From an uncultured Pseudanabaenaceae cyanobacterium (lineage in GTDB: Bacteria; Cyanobacteriota; Cyanobacteriia; PCC-9006; JAAUQQ01): a stretch of DNA of 64,000 nucleotides. The stretch lies in NCBI GenBank assembly GCA_937949725.1, contig CALECT010000048.1:6626-70625 (forward strand), given 5' to 3'. How positions within the stretch are numbered: the first letter of the stretch is position 1; the number at the start of each line of letters is the position of its first letter. The notes beneath the pieces are model-generated. The model was not told where the DNA came from, searched no databases, and was given only the letters and a program-made list of their open reading frames with translations. The translations under genes and the position numbers were made by a program. This document shows, one piece after another, positions 28,065 through 40,195 of this stretch.

Positions 28065-28661
28065 CTAACGGTTCGATGCTGGCTCATCTCGCCGTGACAG
28101 TCGCTCTAAGAACTCAATTTCTGAGACTAAATCTTCAGCCTTTTCTACCCGATCTGGAAAGAGAATTCCATCTAAATGATCCAGCTCATGCTGAAAAATC
28201 CGGGCAATGAAACCTTGGAGGCGAGTGGTTTGGCGATCGCCTCGACGATCCCAATATTCCACCTGTATCTCATCTGCACGAGGCACCCAGCCGCGCTGCC
28301 CTGGGACACTTAAGCAACCCTCCCAGCCCGAAACGATCTTGTCTGATCGATCCAACAGCTTTGGGTTGATCATGGCGGTGGGCTCCATCTCCGGCGCATC
28401 GGGATAACGAGCATTGGGACGAGAAGCTACAATCATCAGCCGTTGGCCAATGCCCACTTGGGGGGCAGCAATCCCAACGCCATTGGACTGGACCGTCAGC
28501 GCTAGTAGATCATCAATGAGCTGCTGCAAATCCCCACTGGATTGACCGCCTAGGGTCGGAGAAGAACCGAGGAAAATAGATGTCGTTGCAACTAATTGGG
28601 CCTGTCGGCGCAGCAGTGGATTGCCCTGTTGGAGAATTGAATCAGAACTAAGCATAGTCAA
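28065..28661 (-). CDS. def: peptide deformylase
   Basis: The three deformylase motifs are present: GIAAPQVG, EGCLSVPG and QHELDHL. Confidence 0.95.
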   Translation of the reverse strand: MTMLSSDSILQQGNPLLRRQAQLVATTSIFLGSSPTLGGQSSGDLQQLIDDLLALTVQSNGVGIAAPQVGIGQRLMIVASRPNARYPDAPEMEPTAMINPKLLDRSDKIVSGWEGCLSVPGQRGWVPRADEIQVEYWDRRGDRQTTRLQGFIARIFQHELDHLDGILFPDRVEKAEDLVSEIEFLERLSRRDEPASNR

Positions 28662-28770
28662 AGTCTAACGGTGGTTCGGCTGAACGACAGCGTTTCCTCA
28701 AGTCATGCTGTATGGCCAGCAGTCCGACTTAAAAAATCTGACTTCTCAAAACTCAATACAGCCTGCGTTT

Positions 28771-30159
28771 CTAACTACGGCGTGACTGAGGCGCAAATTC
28801 TTCAGGCTCAACTAAAACACTCAAGGTCTTACCCGCACGATTGACCTCAATGGCTAATGCCTCGCCCACCTCGCTTTCTGCAACGCGGTCCTGAACGTCT
28901 TGGGCTGTGGTGATGGATTGATTGCCCACCTTTTGAATCACATCACCTGCCTGGAGACCCGCAGTTTCGGCAGGGGAACCCTCTAAAACTCTGGCAATCA
29001 ACACGCCTTGTTCAATGCTCAGGTCAAAGCCTGCATTGGGGGTTTCGCGGAATTGCTCCGCGACTTCAGGCGTGAGCGTCAGCATTTGGATGCCGAGGAA
29101 AGGATGCTGAACCCTGCCTTTGCTAATTAACTGATTGGCAAGGCGCTGGGCTTGATTGATGGGGATTGAGAAGCCTAGGCCCTGGGCATCACCAATGATG
29201 GCGGTGTTCATGCCCACCACTTCGCCTCGGCCATTCAGCAGCGGTCCACCGGAGTTGCCGGGGTTGATGGCGGCATCGGTTTGGATGAAGCCTACCCGCT
29301 TGTCCGGTACGCCCACTTCCAGGCTGCTGCGGCCCGTGGCGCTAATGATGCCAACCGTCACAGTGTTGTCGAGGCCCAGGGGGTTGCCGATCGCGATCGC
29401 CCATTCCCCCGGCATCAGCTCGTCCGAATTGCCAATAGGCACCACTGGCAAAGTATCCGCATCAATCTTGATCACCGCCACATCGGTCACAGGGTCCTGG
29501 CCCAGGACCTCACCAGAGAAGCTGCGGCCATCCTTCAGCTTCACTGCCACCTCATCAGCTCCCTCTACCACATGGGCATTGGTTAGAATCAAGCCATCTT
29601 CGCGAATGATAAAGCCGGAGCCAGAGCCCTCTTGCACTCGCTCCCCACTGGGAGCTTCCAGCCCTTGCCGACCGAAGAAATCCCTGAAGAAGGGATCTTC
29701 CAAAATATCGGGGACGCCACTCCGCACCGTGCGGGAGGCATCAATGCGCACCACTGCTGGACCGACTCGCTGGACCGCACTGACGATGAAGTTCCCTTCT
29801 GTTGATCCATCTACAGCATTAAAGATGGGAGAGCGCGTTCCAGGGACCGGTGAAGCCCCTGATCCGTTGCCATTCCCCCCTAGGGCTGGAATGATTCCAT
29901 CCCGGCCCGCTTCCGAGGGCTGAGAGGGGGGAGTTTGGCCCTGAGCCTGTTCCGTCGTCTGGTCGCCGCCCAGCAATCTACGGGATAGCCAGCCTTGCTG
30001 GGAGTCTGGCTTGAGCGATCGCGTTCCGGCCAGGGCTGCTCCTGCTGCTCCAAGAAGAACCAGGGCTCCTGCTAGCCACAACCGTTTAGAACCAGGTCCC
30101 TGGGAAGGAGATGGCGGGAAATTCTCAGAATCAGCAGGGTCAGATGAACGGCGTTCCAT
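28771..30159 (-). CDS. HtrA/DegP-family serine protease with a PDZ domain
   Basis: TNAHVV (His), DVAVIKI (Asp) and TDAAINPGNSGGPLLN (Ser), plus a C-terminal PDZ-like region (GSPAETAGLQAGDVI). Confidence 0.9.
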   Translation of the reverse strand: MERRSSDPADSENFPPSPSQGPGSKRLWLAGALVLLGAAGAALAGTRSLKPDSQQGWLSRRLLGGDQTTEQAQGQTPPSQPSEAGRDGIIPALGGNGNGSGASPVPGTRSPIFNAVDGSTEGNFIVSAVQRVGPAVVRIDASRTVRSGVPDILEDPFFRDFFGRQGLEAPSGERVQEGSGSGFIIREDGLILTNAHVVEGADEVAVKLKDGRSFSGEVLGQDPVTDVAVIKIDADTLPVVPIGNSDELMPGEWAIAIGNPLGLDNTVTVGIISATGRSSLEVGVPDKRVGFIQTDAAINPGNSGGPLLNGRGEVVGMNTAIIGDAQGLGFSIPINQAQRLANQLISKGRVQHPFLGIQMLTLTPEVAEQFRETPNAGFDLSIEQGVLIARVLEGSPAETAGLQAGDVIQKVGNQSITTAQDVQDRVAESEVGEALAIEVNRAGKTLSVLVEPEEFAPQSRRS

Positions 30160-31048
30160 AAATGCAGCGATCGCTTAATCGAAATAATAGCGGTGACGGC
30201 TTGCCCCAGATTAGCGTAGGACGCCAACTCCCGTTGTCTAGCCTAGTCTCCCAATAATTCCCGGTGGTTCAAGTGTGACTGGATTTGATTGGATTTCTAG
30301 CCAAGCTAACCCAGTTGTTGACTGAATCCCCAGGGGGAACTGGATACATGCTGGCGGGAGCAGAGGCCCCCCAGTTGAGCATTCTTACTCTGAAGCTTCT
30401 GCATGGAACTAGACCATAGAGTTTTGGGAAAATTACCTGTGATGAGTGGGCTTTCCTGGAACCTTCACTCACTCGAAGGTTTATCGAACCATAATAATTC
30501 TCGTCATTTATTCACATCGCCAGCATGGTATGTCTGGCAGCTCCAATCCAGATGTCTCGGGGGTCAAGTCTCCACGGGACTAAAGACCTGCTACGGCTTA
30601 GAAATAGAAGCCCCTTGAATTTGGCTTCTGTGATGAACTGATGCATTTGAACGTTTTGGTAATGCCGGGTCTGTCTCCTGGCTTGGGAAAATCAAGATTC
30701 AATTTGTTGAGCTTCGCACTGTCTCAGATGCCGTATTTCTACGGTGGGAAATGACTCCAAGCCCCCAAAATACGATGCTGCATATCACATATTTCACGAG
30801 AAAATGTGATCGGAATATGCACTATTTCTCAGCCTTTCCCCAGGCCCAAAGAAGGGATATGCTGGGAATCCACGCGAAATAGAGGCCGATTACCCTGAGC
30901 GATTCAACCCCGGTCAGGTCCGAATTGTTCTACTAGCCTCTCAGTGGAGCTGCGTATATTCCCTTAATGAAGGCTTCGGCCCTCAATCCGGCCAAGGCAG
31001 CCTGCAAGTATTGTGCGTTCCCAGCCCGGCTTCGGCAGGAAATGAAAA

Positions 31049-32491
31049 GTGACTCGTTCTCCCCAGGAAATTTGGAACGCGGTATTAGAGCGACTTCAAG
31101 AGCAGCTCAGCCGACCCACCTTTGAAACTTGGATCAAAACTGCCAGCGCAGACAAGCTGGAGGGAAATTGCCTGCAAATCATTACTCCCAACCCCTTTGC
31201 TCGCAATTGGTTGCAGAAGTACTATCTAGCGACTATTTCTGATGCGATTTTTGAAACGCTGGGTGAGCACTTGGAGATCAAGTTTGTCGTAGCGAGTGCC
31301 GACAGTGACATTGCCGATGAGAAAGTGGGCAATGACCTCTGGGCTGCACCAGCCACCATGCCCCAGTCTTCCCCTATCAGTCAGCCCACTGCTGCAACGC
31401 CGCCACCGGAGCCCATGGTGGGCGATGCCAAGCGGGCGCGCCAAACGGCCCTAAATAATCGCTACGACTTCTCTCGCTTTGTTGTGGGTGCCAATAGCCG
31501 CATGGCCCATGCTGCTGCCCTGGCTGTTGCGGAGTCTCCTGGTCGTGAATTTAATCCGCTGTTTATCTGCGGCGGTGTTGGGCTGGGCAAGACTCACTTG
31601 ATGCAGGCGATTGGTCAGTATCGTTTGCAAATTGATCCCAACTCGCGCATTTTCTACGTCTCTACAGAGCAGTTCACCAATGATCTGATTACCGCCATTC
31701 GTCGAGATGGCATGCAAGCCTTCCGGGAGCATTATCGGGCTGCGGATGTGCTGCTGGTAGACGACATTCAGTTCATTGAAGGGAAGGAATATACCCAGGA
31801 AGAGTTTTTCTATACCTTCAATACTCTCCATGAATCGGGTAAGCAGGTGGTCCTGGCTTCGGACCGTCCGCCTAATCAGATTCCTCGCCTTCAGGAGCGC
31901 CTCTGTTCGCGCTTTTCCATGGGCCTGATTGCCGATATCCAGGCACCGGACTTGGAAACTCGTATGGCGATTCTGCAAAAGAAGGCGGAGTACGAGAACC
32001 TGCGACTACCTCGGGAGGCAATCGAATACATCGCCACCAATTACACCTCCAACATTCGTGAACTGGAGGGCGCCCTCACCCGCGCCGTGGCCTATATCTC
32101 CATTTCTGGGATGCCCATGACCGTTGAGAACATTGCCCCGGTGCTCAATCCGCCCAGGGAGCAGGTGGAAGTGTCTCCTGAAATCATCCTAGCCACGGTG
32201 GCTGAGACCTTTGGGGTGAGTATTGATGATTTGTTGAGTAGCTCCCGCCGTCGGGAGATTAGCCAGGCTCGCCAGGTCGCCATGTTCATGATGCGCCAGC
32301 ACACAGAGCTGAGCCTGCCGAAGATTGGCCAGGCCTTCGGAGGCAAGGACCATACGACGGTGATGTATAGCTGCGAGAAGATCTCAAAGCGTAAAGAAAC
32401 TGATACGCAGCTTCAATCTACGCTGCGGGACATTGATCAGCAGCTGTTTAATAACAGCCAGCTCCAGAGTGCTCCTCCCGCGAAGCGCTAG
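31049..32491 (+). CDS. dnaA: chromosomal replication initiator protein DnaA
   Basis: GTG start. N-terminus [14 protein letters not shown], Walker [16 protein letters not shown], and LLVDDIQF. The C-terminal DNA-binding domain has [18 protein letters not shown]...[13 protein letters not shown]. Confidence 0.97.
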   Translation: MTRSPQEIWNAVLERLQEQLSRPTFETWIKTASADKLEGNCLQIITPNPFARNWLQKYYLATISDAIFETLGEHLEIKFVVASADSDIADEKVGNDLWAAPATMPQSSPISQPTAATPPPEPMVGDAKRARQTALNNRYDFSRFVVGANSRMAHAAALAVAESPGREFNPLFICGGVGLGKTHLMQAIGQYRLQIDPNSRIFYVSTEQFTNDLITAIRRDGMQAFREHYRAADVLLVDDIQFIEGKEYTQEEFFYTFNTLHESGKQVVLASDRPPNQIPRLQERLCSRFSMGLIADIQAPDLETRMAILQKKAEYENLRLPREAIEYIATNYTSNIRELEGALTRAVAYISISGMPMTVENIAPVLNPPREQVEVSPEIILATVAETFGVSIDDLLSSSRRREISQARQVAMFMMRQHTELSLPKIGQAFGGKDHTTVMYSCEKISKRKETDTQLQSTLRDIDQQLFNNSQLQSAPPAKR

Positions 32492-32506
32492 TTTAGGTGC
32501 TTGTGC

Positions 32507-32645
32507 TTGAGAGGTTGTTTGAGAATTCGGCCAAGCGTCAAATTTGAAACCTCGACTAGCAATGAAACGTCGGGATTTCGTTAACTTTGGCAGCATCATA
32601 GGTCATCCTGCTACAGCAAGATGCCTTTCTCAAACAACCTCTGAA
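32507..32645. repeat. 19-nt inverted repeat (1 mismatch) spaced about 100 nt, downstream of dnaA
   Basis: ttgagaggttgtttgagaa (32507-32525) and ttctcaaacaacctctgaa (32627-32645). The reverse complement matches 18 of 19. Confidence 0.7.
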
Positions 32646-32912
32646 CGAGCCTGGCTTGCATCATCACCGCAGGCCAGCCAACTTCAGCTATGGCAGAGGG
32701 GGGCTGCTTGATTTGTTTGTGAGCTTGCCTCTAGAGAAGCTTCAGCTTTGATCTTTGCCCCAGTGATTCTGGTGGAGGGACTGTTGCGATCGCTTTACAG
32801 TTCAGCGATCAGCGGCCTGAATTTCACTGCAAAATCAAATCAATATTGCAATTTCTGGCATTGACCAAAAATTGAGCTAGAATCCCCAAGAATCAATCTG
32901 TCCCTGTGTAGG

Positions 32913-33884
32913 ATGATGGCACCGTTGGAGGGTGAACTGATGTTGGCGAGCAAGTGGAAGCAGTTGGTGAACGAAAGAGTAGCGGGCATGGCGTTAGCTG
33001 GCCTAGCCACGAGCTTAATCATTGGTAGTCCAACTCTGGCCCAGTCGGTTCCGTCGATCCCGTCCAGTACGCCCAGTTCAACCCTGGCTCAGGTGAATGA
33101 TCCGGAGGTTACTGCTGATCAATATTTAGATCGCGGGTTGGGGTTTGTTAAGGCGAAGCGTTTGCCTGAAGCGATCGCCTCTTTCCAGCAAGCTGTCCGC
33201 ATTAACCCCAGCCTGGCTCCAGCCCATTACAACCTTGGCCTGGCTTATCGCCAGAGCGATCGCCTCCAGGATGCCGCCAACTCCTTCTACGCTGCCACCC
33301 AGGTTGACCCCCAATTTGGCTTGGCCTACGCGAACCTTGGAGCTGTACTCCTCGAAGGCGGTAACCCCGAGCGTGCCCTTAGCTACTTGGACCAAGGCGT
33401 CCGTGTCAGCCCTGCCCTGGGCATCCTCCATTACAACCGTGGCCTCACCCTGCGGGAATTAAAGCGCAATAGTGATGCATTGGCTGCCTTCCAGCGGGCC
33501 GTGCAGTTTAGCCCCGACTCTCCTGAGGCTGCGTTTTATCTGGGCTTGGGCTACCAGGAGCAAAATCAGCCTGTGGAAGCCAAGCGGAGTTTTGAGCGGG
33601 CGATCGCCCTCAATGGCAATTACGCTGAAGCCTTCTACAGCCTGGGCAGTGTGCAGTTGCAAAACCAAACTTGGTTAGATGCCCTGGAGTCTTTCAAGAA
33701 ATCGGCTGAAGCCAACCGCTCCTATGCCAATGCCTATTACGGTGCGGGTCTTTCATTTATGGCTTTGGGCAATAACAAAGAAGCGGAGCAGATGTTTACC
33801 TATGCTCGGGATTTGTTTGAGTATCAGCGCAATCAAGAATGGGTGAACCGCTCGAATTCTCTGTTGCAGCAGGTGTCGAGCTAG
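32913..33884 (+). CDS. TPR-repeat protein with a signal peptide
   Basis: Repeated 34-aa TPR units (AIASFQQAVRINPSLAPAHYNLGLAY, AANSFYAATQVDPQFGLAYANLG, and others). Confidence 0.8.
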   Translation: MMAPLEGELMLASKWKQLVNERVAGMALAGLATSLIIGSPTLAQSVPSIPSSTPSSTLAQVNDPEVTADQYLDRGLGFVKAKRLPEAIASFQQAVRINPSLAPAHYNLGLAYRQSDRLQDAANSFYAATQVDPQFGLAYANLGAVLLEGGNPERALSYLDQGVRVSPALGILHYNRGLTLRELKRNSDALAAFQRAVQFSPDSPEAAFYLGLGYQEQNQPVEAKRSFERAIALNGNYAEAFYSLGSVQLQNQTWLDALESFKKSAEANRSYANAYYGAGLSFMALGNNKEAEQMFTYARDLFEYQRNQEWVNRSNSLLQQVSS

Positions 33885-34058
33885 ATCGTTGACTCAAGCG
33901 TCATTAGCCTCATCGGTGTCGATAGGGCTAGGTTGCAGAAAGGCTTGAGCACCGTCGGTCTGTTGCTCAAGTCTCTCGTTGGGAGCCTCGTATACTAAAA
34001 GAGTCGCGGTTGGAGACGAGTGATGGTTGCATTATAGACTCGGCTGATCACGGTTTAG

Positions 34059-34574
34059 GATTATCACCGCATGATCGAGGCGGAGATTTTTGGCCCTGAG
34101 GAACGAATTGAATTAATTTCAGGGTAGTTAGTTCCTATGGCAGCTAAAGGGGCTCCTCACCGGGCGGCGGCGACTAGAACCCGTCGGGTTTTAGAAGCGC
34201 GGTTGGGCGATCGCGTCTTAGTCCGTGTCCAAGACCCCGTGACGCTGGGTGATTTGTCGGAGCCGGAGCCGGAGCCGGATGTCTCGGTTGTCCGCCGAGG
34301 GTCACCCCAAGGCTGAGGATATGTATCTGCTGGTTGAAATCGCGAATAGTTCGCTGAAGTACGATCGCGAAGCCAAGTCTTTAGCCTACGAAAAGGCTGG
34401 GGTGCTGGAATATTGGGTGCTGGATATTCAGAATCGCAGGCTGCATGTGTATCGTTCGCCCCAAGAAAAGGGCTATAGCGTGGAGTGGAGACACTAGAGG
34501 CGTCGGAGCAGGCGGCGCTGTTGGCGTTTCCGGATTGTGTGGTTGGGGTAGCAGAATTGATGGGCCCAGAGTGA
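34059..34574 (+). pseudogene. Uma2-family (DUF820) endonuclease pseudogene
   Basis: DYHRMIEAEIFGPEERIELISG*LVPMAAKGAPH has an in-frame TAG at 34125-34127, and there is a TGA at 34314-34316. The core LLVEIANSSLKYDREAKSLAYEKAGVLEYWVLDIQNRRLHVY lies in a second frame (track ORF 34249-34497). The tail LEASEQAALLAFPDCVVGVAELM lies in a third frame. Confidence 0.75.
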
Positions 34575-34676
34575 GCGGCTCCTGCCGCCAGTATGAAGAA
34601 GCCAAGTCTTAGGCCGGAGCCTCAAGCAAGCCGTTTCAAGGCAGAGCCTAAAAATCAGCAGAGCCAAGAAGAAAAG

Positions 34677-35468
34677 TTACTCATCACTCAAAGCAGCCTC
34701 CCCATAAATGACATATGAGTGAGAGTAATACTTGTAAGCAGAGTAAATGAGTCCGCTCAACAACCAGTAGTTGATTCCACCAGAAACTGCCCCGCCTATA
34801 ATTGGAATCCAACCTACACCTATCTTGGCAGCCACTTTGGTTGTCACCTTTTGAACACCAGTACCAACCACTTTCGAGGCAATCTTGCCAGCCACTTTTG
34901 ACCCACTTTTGAGAGCTGTTTTCTTTAAGGCTACGCAAGTTACGTTACTAGCCACTTGACCAGCTATCTTGCCAGCGAACTTTGGTATACCCTTGGTACC
35001 AAGTTTCAGCACTACTTTGGGGGAGGACTTGACGCCCACCTTTCCAGAAATTGCTCCTCCGGGAGCCAAACTCAATTTCCTATAAGTTTTCCCGCTGTCT
35101 TCATCATAAACTTTTCCTTCAGGTGGGGAGTTTGTCGCGGAAGCTACGTCAGCCCAGATGGCAAGTATATGGTTCATATCAGAGAGAAAGTCAACCTCTC
35201 GATCTAAGATGTAGCCAACTCCCAAGCATGCCTGGGGAGCTACTTGTCTACACCAAAGCAAGTCAGCACCAACAGCAGCGACAGACCACCAGCCCCCTGT
35301 TAACCCTGCGGCGACACCACTAACAGAGACTGCAAGCAAATGTTCTCTTTCCCATTCTGGATAGCTGTATCGCCTAGCCTTCGCTTCCAGCTCCCGCCTC
35401 TCAGCAGCAAACATTCCTGAGCCCCAATCCCTAAACATTGAGGCCAACATCTCTTGTAATTCGTCCAT
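34677..35468 (-). CDS. EcsC-like membrane-associated protein
   Basis: 263 aa. It has a Gly-rich hydrophobic segment (VSGVAAGLTGGWWSVAAVGADLLW), repeated K-x-AGKIA-type basic stretches, and a C-terminal IGVGWIPIIGGAVSGGINYW. The family call is tentative. Confidence 0.5.
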   Translation of the reverse strand: MDELQEMLASMFRDWGSGMFAAERRELEAKARRYSYPEWEREHLLAVSVSGVAAGLTGGWWSVAAVGADLLWCRQVAPQACLGVGYILDREVDFLSDMNHILAIWADVASATNSPPEGKVYDEDSGKTYRKLSLAPGGAISGKVGVKSSPKVVLKLGTKGIPKFAGKIAGQVASNVTCVALKKTALKSGSKVAGKIASKVVGTGVQKVTTKVAAKIGVGWIPIIGGAVSGGINYWLLSGLIYSAYKYYSHSYVIYGEAALSDE

Positions 35469-36028
35469 GTTTAATTTTCAGAAGAAATGGATCAATAAGA
35501 AGTTGTCTTTAACTCAAAATATCTATCTTCAGCTAGCTGACAGAATCGCATTCTTTACCTTTGAAGTCGTCACCTAATGAACCCAAAACTTTGATTTTGA
35601 GAGAAAAGACACCCACATATTAAATGGGAGTCGGCTGGGTACTGGTCTGCTTCGTGGGGAGGATTTGCAATATCCGATGCTTAGTAAGGATTTCAGGGAC
35701 TTCTGCTTTAAAAGCTGCTAACCCTTGGCTGGACAAGGCTTTCATTCAAGCATCCCCTACTTTCCAGACCAGTGCAGTCGGCTAGAACAGCAGCCTTCCG
35801 ATTAGTCCTTACCGGTAAAGATATTTGTACAATAGATATCGATCATGAGTGAACTCCCTATCTTGATGCTAATAAGTAGAGAAGTGGAATGGATACAAAA
35901 GTCACAAAAATAAAAAAACAGACCTCTTATCAGAGCTCGAGAAATTCCATTAACTTAGACAAAGATTCAATCTTGTCCAGGGCTAATTCACTTTCAAAAG
36001 ACATAAACTGCAACCCTCATCCGATATC

Positions 36029-37903
36029 ATGTTTGCATTGAGAAAAATAATTGTTCTTGTTACAGTTTTGCTTTTCTTGTTACCTCATGGCTTGGCTTAC
36101 GCAGACGCTGGCTTGATGTCAAGTACGCCAGATAAGTGTAAATTAGTTAGCCCTTCTCAAATGAGGCCCGAGCTAACTCAAGCTATCCAGGATTTCTTTG
36201 AAGCTGAGAATTCCTTTAACTTTGACGCAAAAGTTGGCCGAGAGTGGAAGCTTCTCAAAATTGACAAAATTCTTAATGACTCTGTATCAGCGGCTGTTAC
36301 AGAGATCGGAGTTGATACGAAGTGGCAAGATAAATTCATGAGTAGCTGGAACTCTGGAAAAGCAGAGCAGCTGGCAGCCCAAGTGATATCTCAAACCTTT
36401 GATAATCCTGACCTAAAGCGTTCATTGCAGCGTCTCGCAAACAATGTTGGTAGGCAGGTGGCTGATGAGATAGAGCTGGCAACAGTGCAATCCTCGTCTT
36501 ACGGAATGCAATGCTTGCAAACATTTATTGGAGATCAATACTCAACCACATTCCTGGATCTCTTTAATCAAAAAGCAGAAGAGTCTGCACAGCAGGGATC
36601 AGTTGATTTCTCTGCATCCTTTACTCCGGAGAGTAAAAAATACTTGTTATCTCGCAATGTAGCTGCTGTTGGAATTGGCACCTTCATTATTGGGAGAATC
36701 ACTAGAGAGGTAACCAAGAAATTTGCTGAACGCGTAATAGGTCAAGTAGGCAAAAGGTTACTGGGCAGGCTGGGAGCAGGGGCTATTCCTTTCGTTGGCG
36801 AAATCGTAGGTGTTGGTTTACTAGCAGCAGACGTTGCCCAGAGCTTTTCGGGGTCCTTTGAAGAAATTGAGACTCAGCTAAAGTCTCCTAATGTCAAAAA
36901 TTCTCTGCGTCAATCTATTTCAGATGTTTTACAAGATGAAATTGGTGGACAATCCTCTCAAATTGCATCAGAGATTTCAAACGAACTCTACGCAGAATGG
37001 TTGGATTTTCAGAAGGATTATCGCGAAACCCTTAATCTAGCCAGTGAGATACCTGAGTTCAAGCAGCTCCTAACAGAAGAAGGAGATATGCCCAAGGTGA
37101 CATCTTTGGTCGGTATTGCCCTAAATAATATGGGGCGCCGTAAGCTGATTGATGCTATCCAGGATGGAAGCTTTGCTCAAGCTCTGAACCTACCCATCAT
37201 TGCTCGACCAATCATTCAATACACTGGCAGTATTCAAGAGGCTGTATCTTGGTCAAAGATATCTGGCAATTTTCTTGAACGTGTTGTAGATCTAGAGATC
37301 TACAAACATTTATCTTTGGAAGGTTTAGAACATCGCTTACTGGTAGACCTCCTAGCTTTAGAAGATGCTGATGCCATCTCCAAGATGTCATTGTTGCAAA
37401 ACTCGGAAATTCAACAACTCCTAGCCATATCTAGTCCAAACTTAATTCCTCTAGCAAAGGTCGTATCTGCGCAGGATCTCCAAAGGCTTTCAGGCTACAT
37501 AGAACAGTTAGATAAGTCAGAAACTAATGATTTGATCAGATTTTTACTCGATGACAGTAAGAGCACGATTAAAAATACAGATGTAATGACACATATTGTT
37601 CAGAGTGGCAACATAAGTCGCGCAACGAAGTTTTGGCAAAGGCAGACAAGTCCTTTAAGCCTTGCATTCAGCCTCTGGCCTATTGCCATGGGGGAAATTT
37701 CATGGAGATTAGCATGGGTTAAATACGGTAGTACTTTTCTTGGTGAAGCCTTTGTGGCCATTGCCGTTGCGCTGTCATTAACCTTAGGGCTTGGCTTTAA
37801 GCTTTATGGAAGCATCTTAGATGTGAAGTACAAACAAGCGAAGCTCGCTGGTGTTCCGCAAGATACCGAAGTACAAGATTCTGACGAAAACAATGTTGAT
37901 TAG
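36029..37903 (+). CDS. large signal-peptide / C-terminal TM protein of unknown function (paralog A, AT-rich copy)
   Basis: 624 aa with signal peptide [25 protein letters not shown] and C-terminal TM helices. It aligns along its whole length with the product of 54958-56841. Shared blocks include [11 protein letters not shown](S/A)SYGM(Q/S)CLQTFI, SFSGSF(E/S)EIE(T/S)QL(K/Q)SP, W(L)[10 protein letters not shown] and VGIAL(N/D)NMGRR. Confidence 0.8.
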   Translation: MFALRKIIVLVTVLLFLLPHGLAYADAGLMSSTPDKCKLVSPSQMRPELTQAIQDFFEAENSFNFDAKVGREWKLLKIDKILNDSVSAAVTEIGVDTKWQDKFMSSWNSGKAEQLAAQVISQTFDNPDLKRSLQRLANNVGRQVADEIELATVQSSSYGMQCLQTFIGDQYSTTFLDLFNQKAEESAQQGSVDFSASFTPESKKYLLSRNVAAVGIGTFIIGRITREVTKKFAERVIGQVGKRLLGRLGAGAIPFVGEIVGVGLLAADVAQSFSGSFEEIETQLKSPNVKNSLRQSISDVLQDEIGGQSSQIASEISNELYAEWLDFQKDYRETLNLASEIPEFKQLLTEEGDMPKVTSLVGIALNNMGRRKLIDAIQDGSFAQALNLPIIARPIIQYTGSIQEAVSWSKISGNFLERVVDLEIYKHLSLEGLEHRLLVDLLALEDADAISKMSLLQNSEIQQLLAISSPNLIPLAKVVSAQDLQRLSGYIEQLDKSETNDLIRFLLDDSKSTIKNTDVMTHIVQSGNISRATKFWQRQTSPLSLAFSLWPIAMGEISWRLAWVKYGSTFLGEAFVAIAVALSLTLGLGFKLYGSILDVKYKQAKLAGVPQDTEVQDSDENNVD

Positions 37904-38213
37904 CCTTGATCACGCCCCAGATTCATCAATGGAAATTGGTGAACTGCTTACTGTAGTCACGATTCGAGCAGCAAACGTTGTTAAAGATATTCGTGAAAAT
38001 ATTAAGAATCTGACAGGAGGTCGCCTGACTCATTATGAACAGTTAATTAGTCAATCCGTTGATAATGCCTTGAGTGAATTAGAGCAAAAAGCACTGACAA
38101 AAGGTTACGACGGTGTGATAGGCGTCAAAATAGCCAATCCCTCTGTTGTCGAAGGAGGTGTGGAAATCATTGTTTACGGCAATGGCTTTAGGAAAAGAGT
38201 ATCTGAGCAATGA
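37893..38213 (+). CDS. YbjQ-family (UPF0145/DUF74) protein (paralog A)
   Basis: [10 protein letters not shown]...[35 protein letters not shown]...[29 protein letters not shown]. The ATG at 37893 overlaps the upstream stop (37901-37903) by 11 nt, suggesting translational coupling. The track ORF start at 37851 lies inside the upstream gene. Confidence 0.85.
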   Translation: MLISLDHAPDSSMEIGELLTVVTIRAANVVKDIRENIKNLTGGRLTHYEQLISQSVDNALSELEQKALTKGYDGVIGVKIANPSVVEGGVEIIVYGNGFRKRVSEQ

Positions 38214-38350
38214 GATGTCCTCCAATCCCAATTACCCTCAAGCTTGCAGCATTTGATTCGCAGAGGCCTGTCCTTACTCACAGGTCGCTTCCAGAAAACC
38301 GCTGTACCATTAAGAAGAAGCACTACACCGCTAGTTTTAGCTAGACAACC

Positions 38351-38590
38351 ATGGAAGCACTCGCCCTAACCAACGAAAATGTCGAAACCGTCCTCGACGA
38401 ACTCCGCCCTTACCTCATGGCCGACGGTGGCAACGTCGAGCTAGTCGAAATCGACGGCCCCATCGTTAAAGTCCGCCTCCAAGGCGCTTGCGGCTCTTGC
38501 CCCAGCTCTGCCATGACCCTGAAGATGGGCATTGAGCGTAAGCTGCGCCAAATGATTCCTGAAATTGCTGAGATTGAGCAGGTTCTCTAG
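38351..38590 (+). CDS. NifU C-terminal-domain (Nfu-type) iron-sulfur cluster assembly protein
   Basis: 79 aa with [45 protein letters not shown], including the CxxC motif. Confidence 0.9.
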   Translation: MEALALTNENVETVLDELRPYLMADGGNVELVEIDGPIVKVRLQGACGSCPSSAMTLKMGIERKLRQMIPEIAEIEQVL

Positions 38591-38619
38591 ACAGAGCTTC
38601 ACTGAAAGTCATTTGAAAA

Positions 38620-38656
38620 GCGTGGGTTGGCAAGGGTTGCCGACCCACGCTTTTTG
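38620..38656 (+). terminator. Rho-independent terminator after the nfu-type gene
   Basis: Stem gcgtgggt (38620-38627) pairs with acccacgc (38643-38650), followed by ttttt (38651-38655). Confidence 0.75.
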
Positions 38657-38766
38657 GTATTCGAATAAGCTTTTCCCATTGAAGCGATTTCTTCCCCAAG
38701 CCGCAGCCAGAGCGGGTATGCTGGTTTACTGGAGTTTCCAATCCATCGGCCCCATCCGAGATCTGA

Positions 38767-40053
<1,287 letters not shown>

Positions 40054-40195
40054 GTGTCAAGCTTGGCACTGGTGGATCTTGGCCAGCTCCTCCCCATAGC
40101 GAGGATTTGGGGAGGCGCGCCAATGGTTATGTCTGCGCATTCCCACCCCAGGGCCTAAAATGTGTAGATAACTTAACGAACGAGTCCCAACACCT

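Noticed and set aside
30160-31048. The 890-bp spacer upstream of dnaA as oriC
   Set aside because: I found only degenerate, scattered partial matches to DnaA boxes and no cluster of TTTTCCACA/TTATCCACA sites by eye, so I cannot support an origin call without a formal scan.
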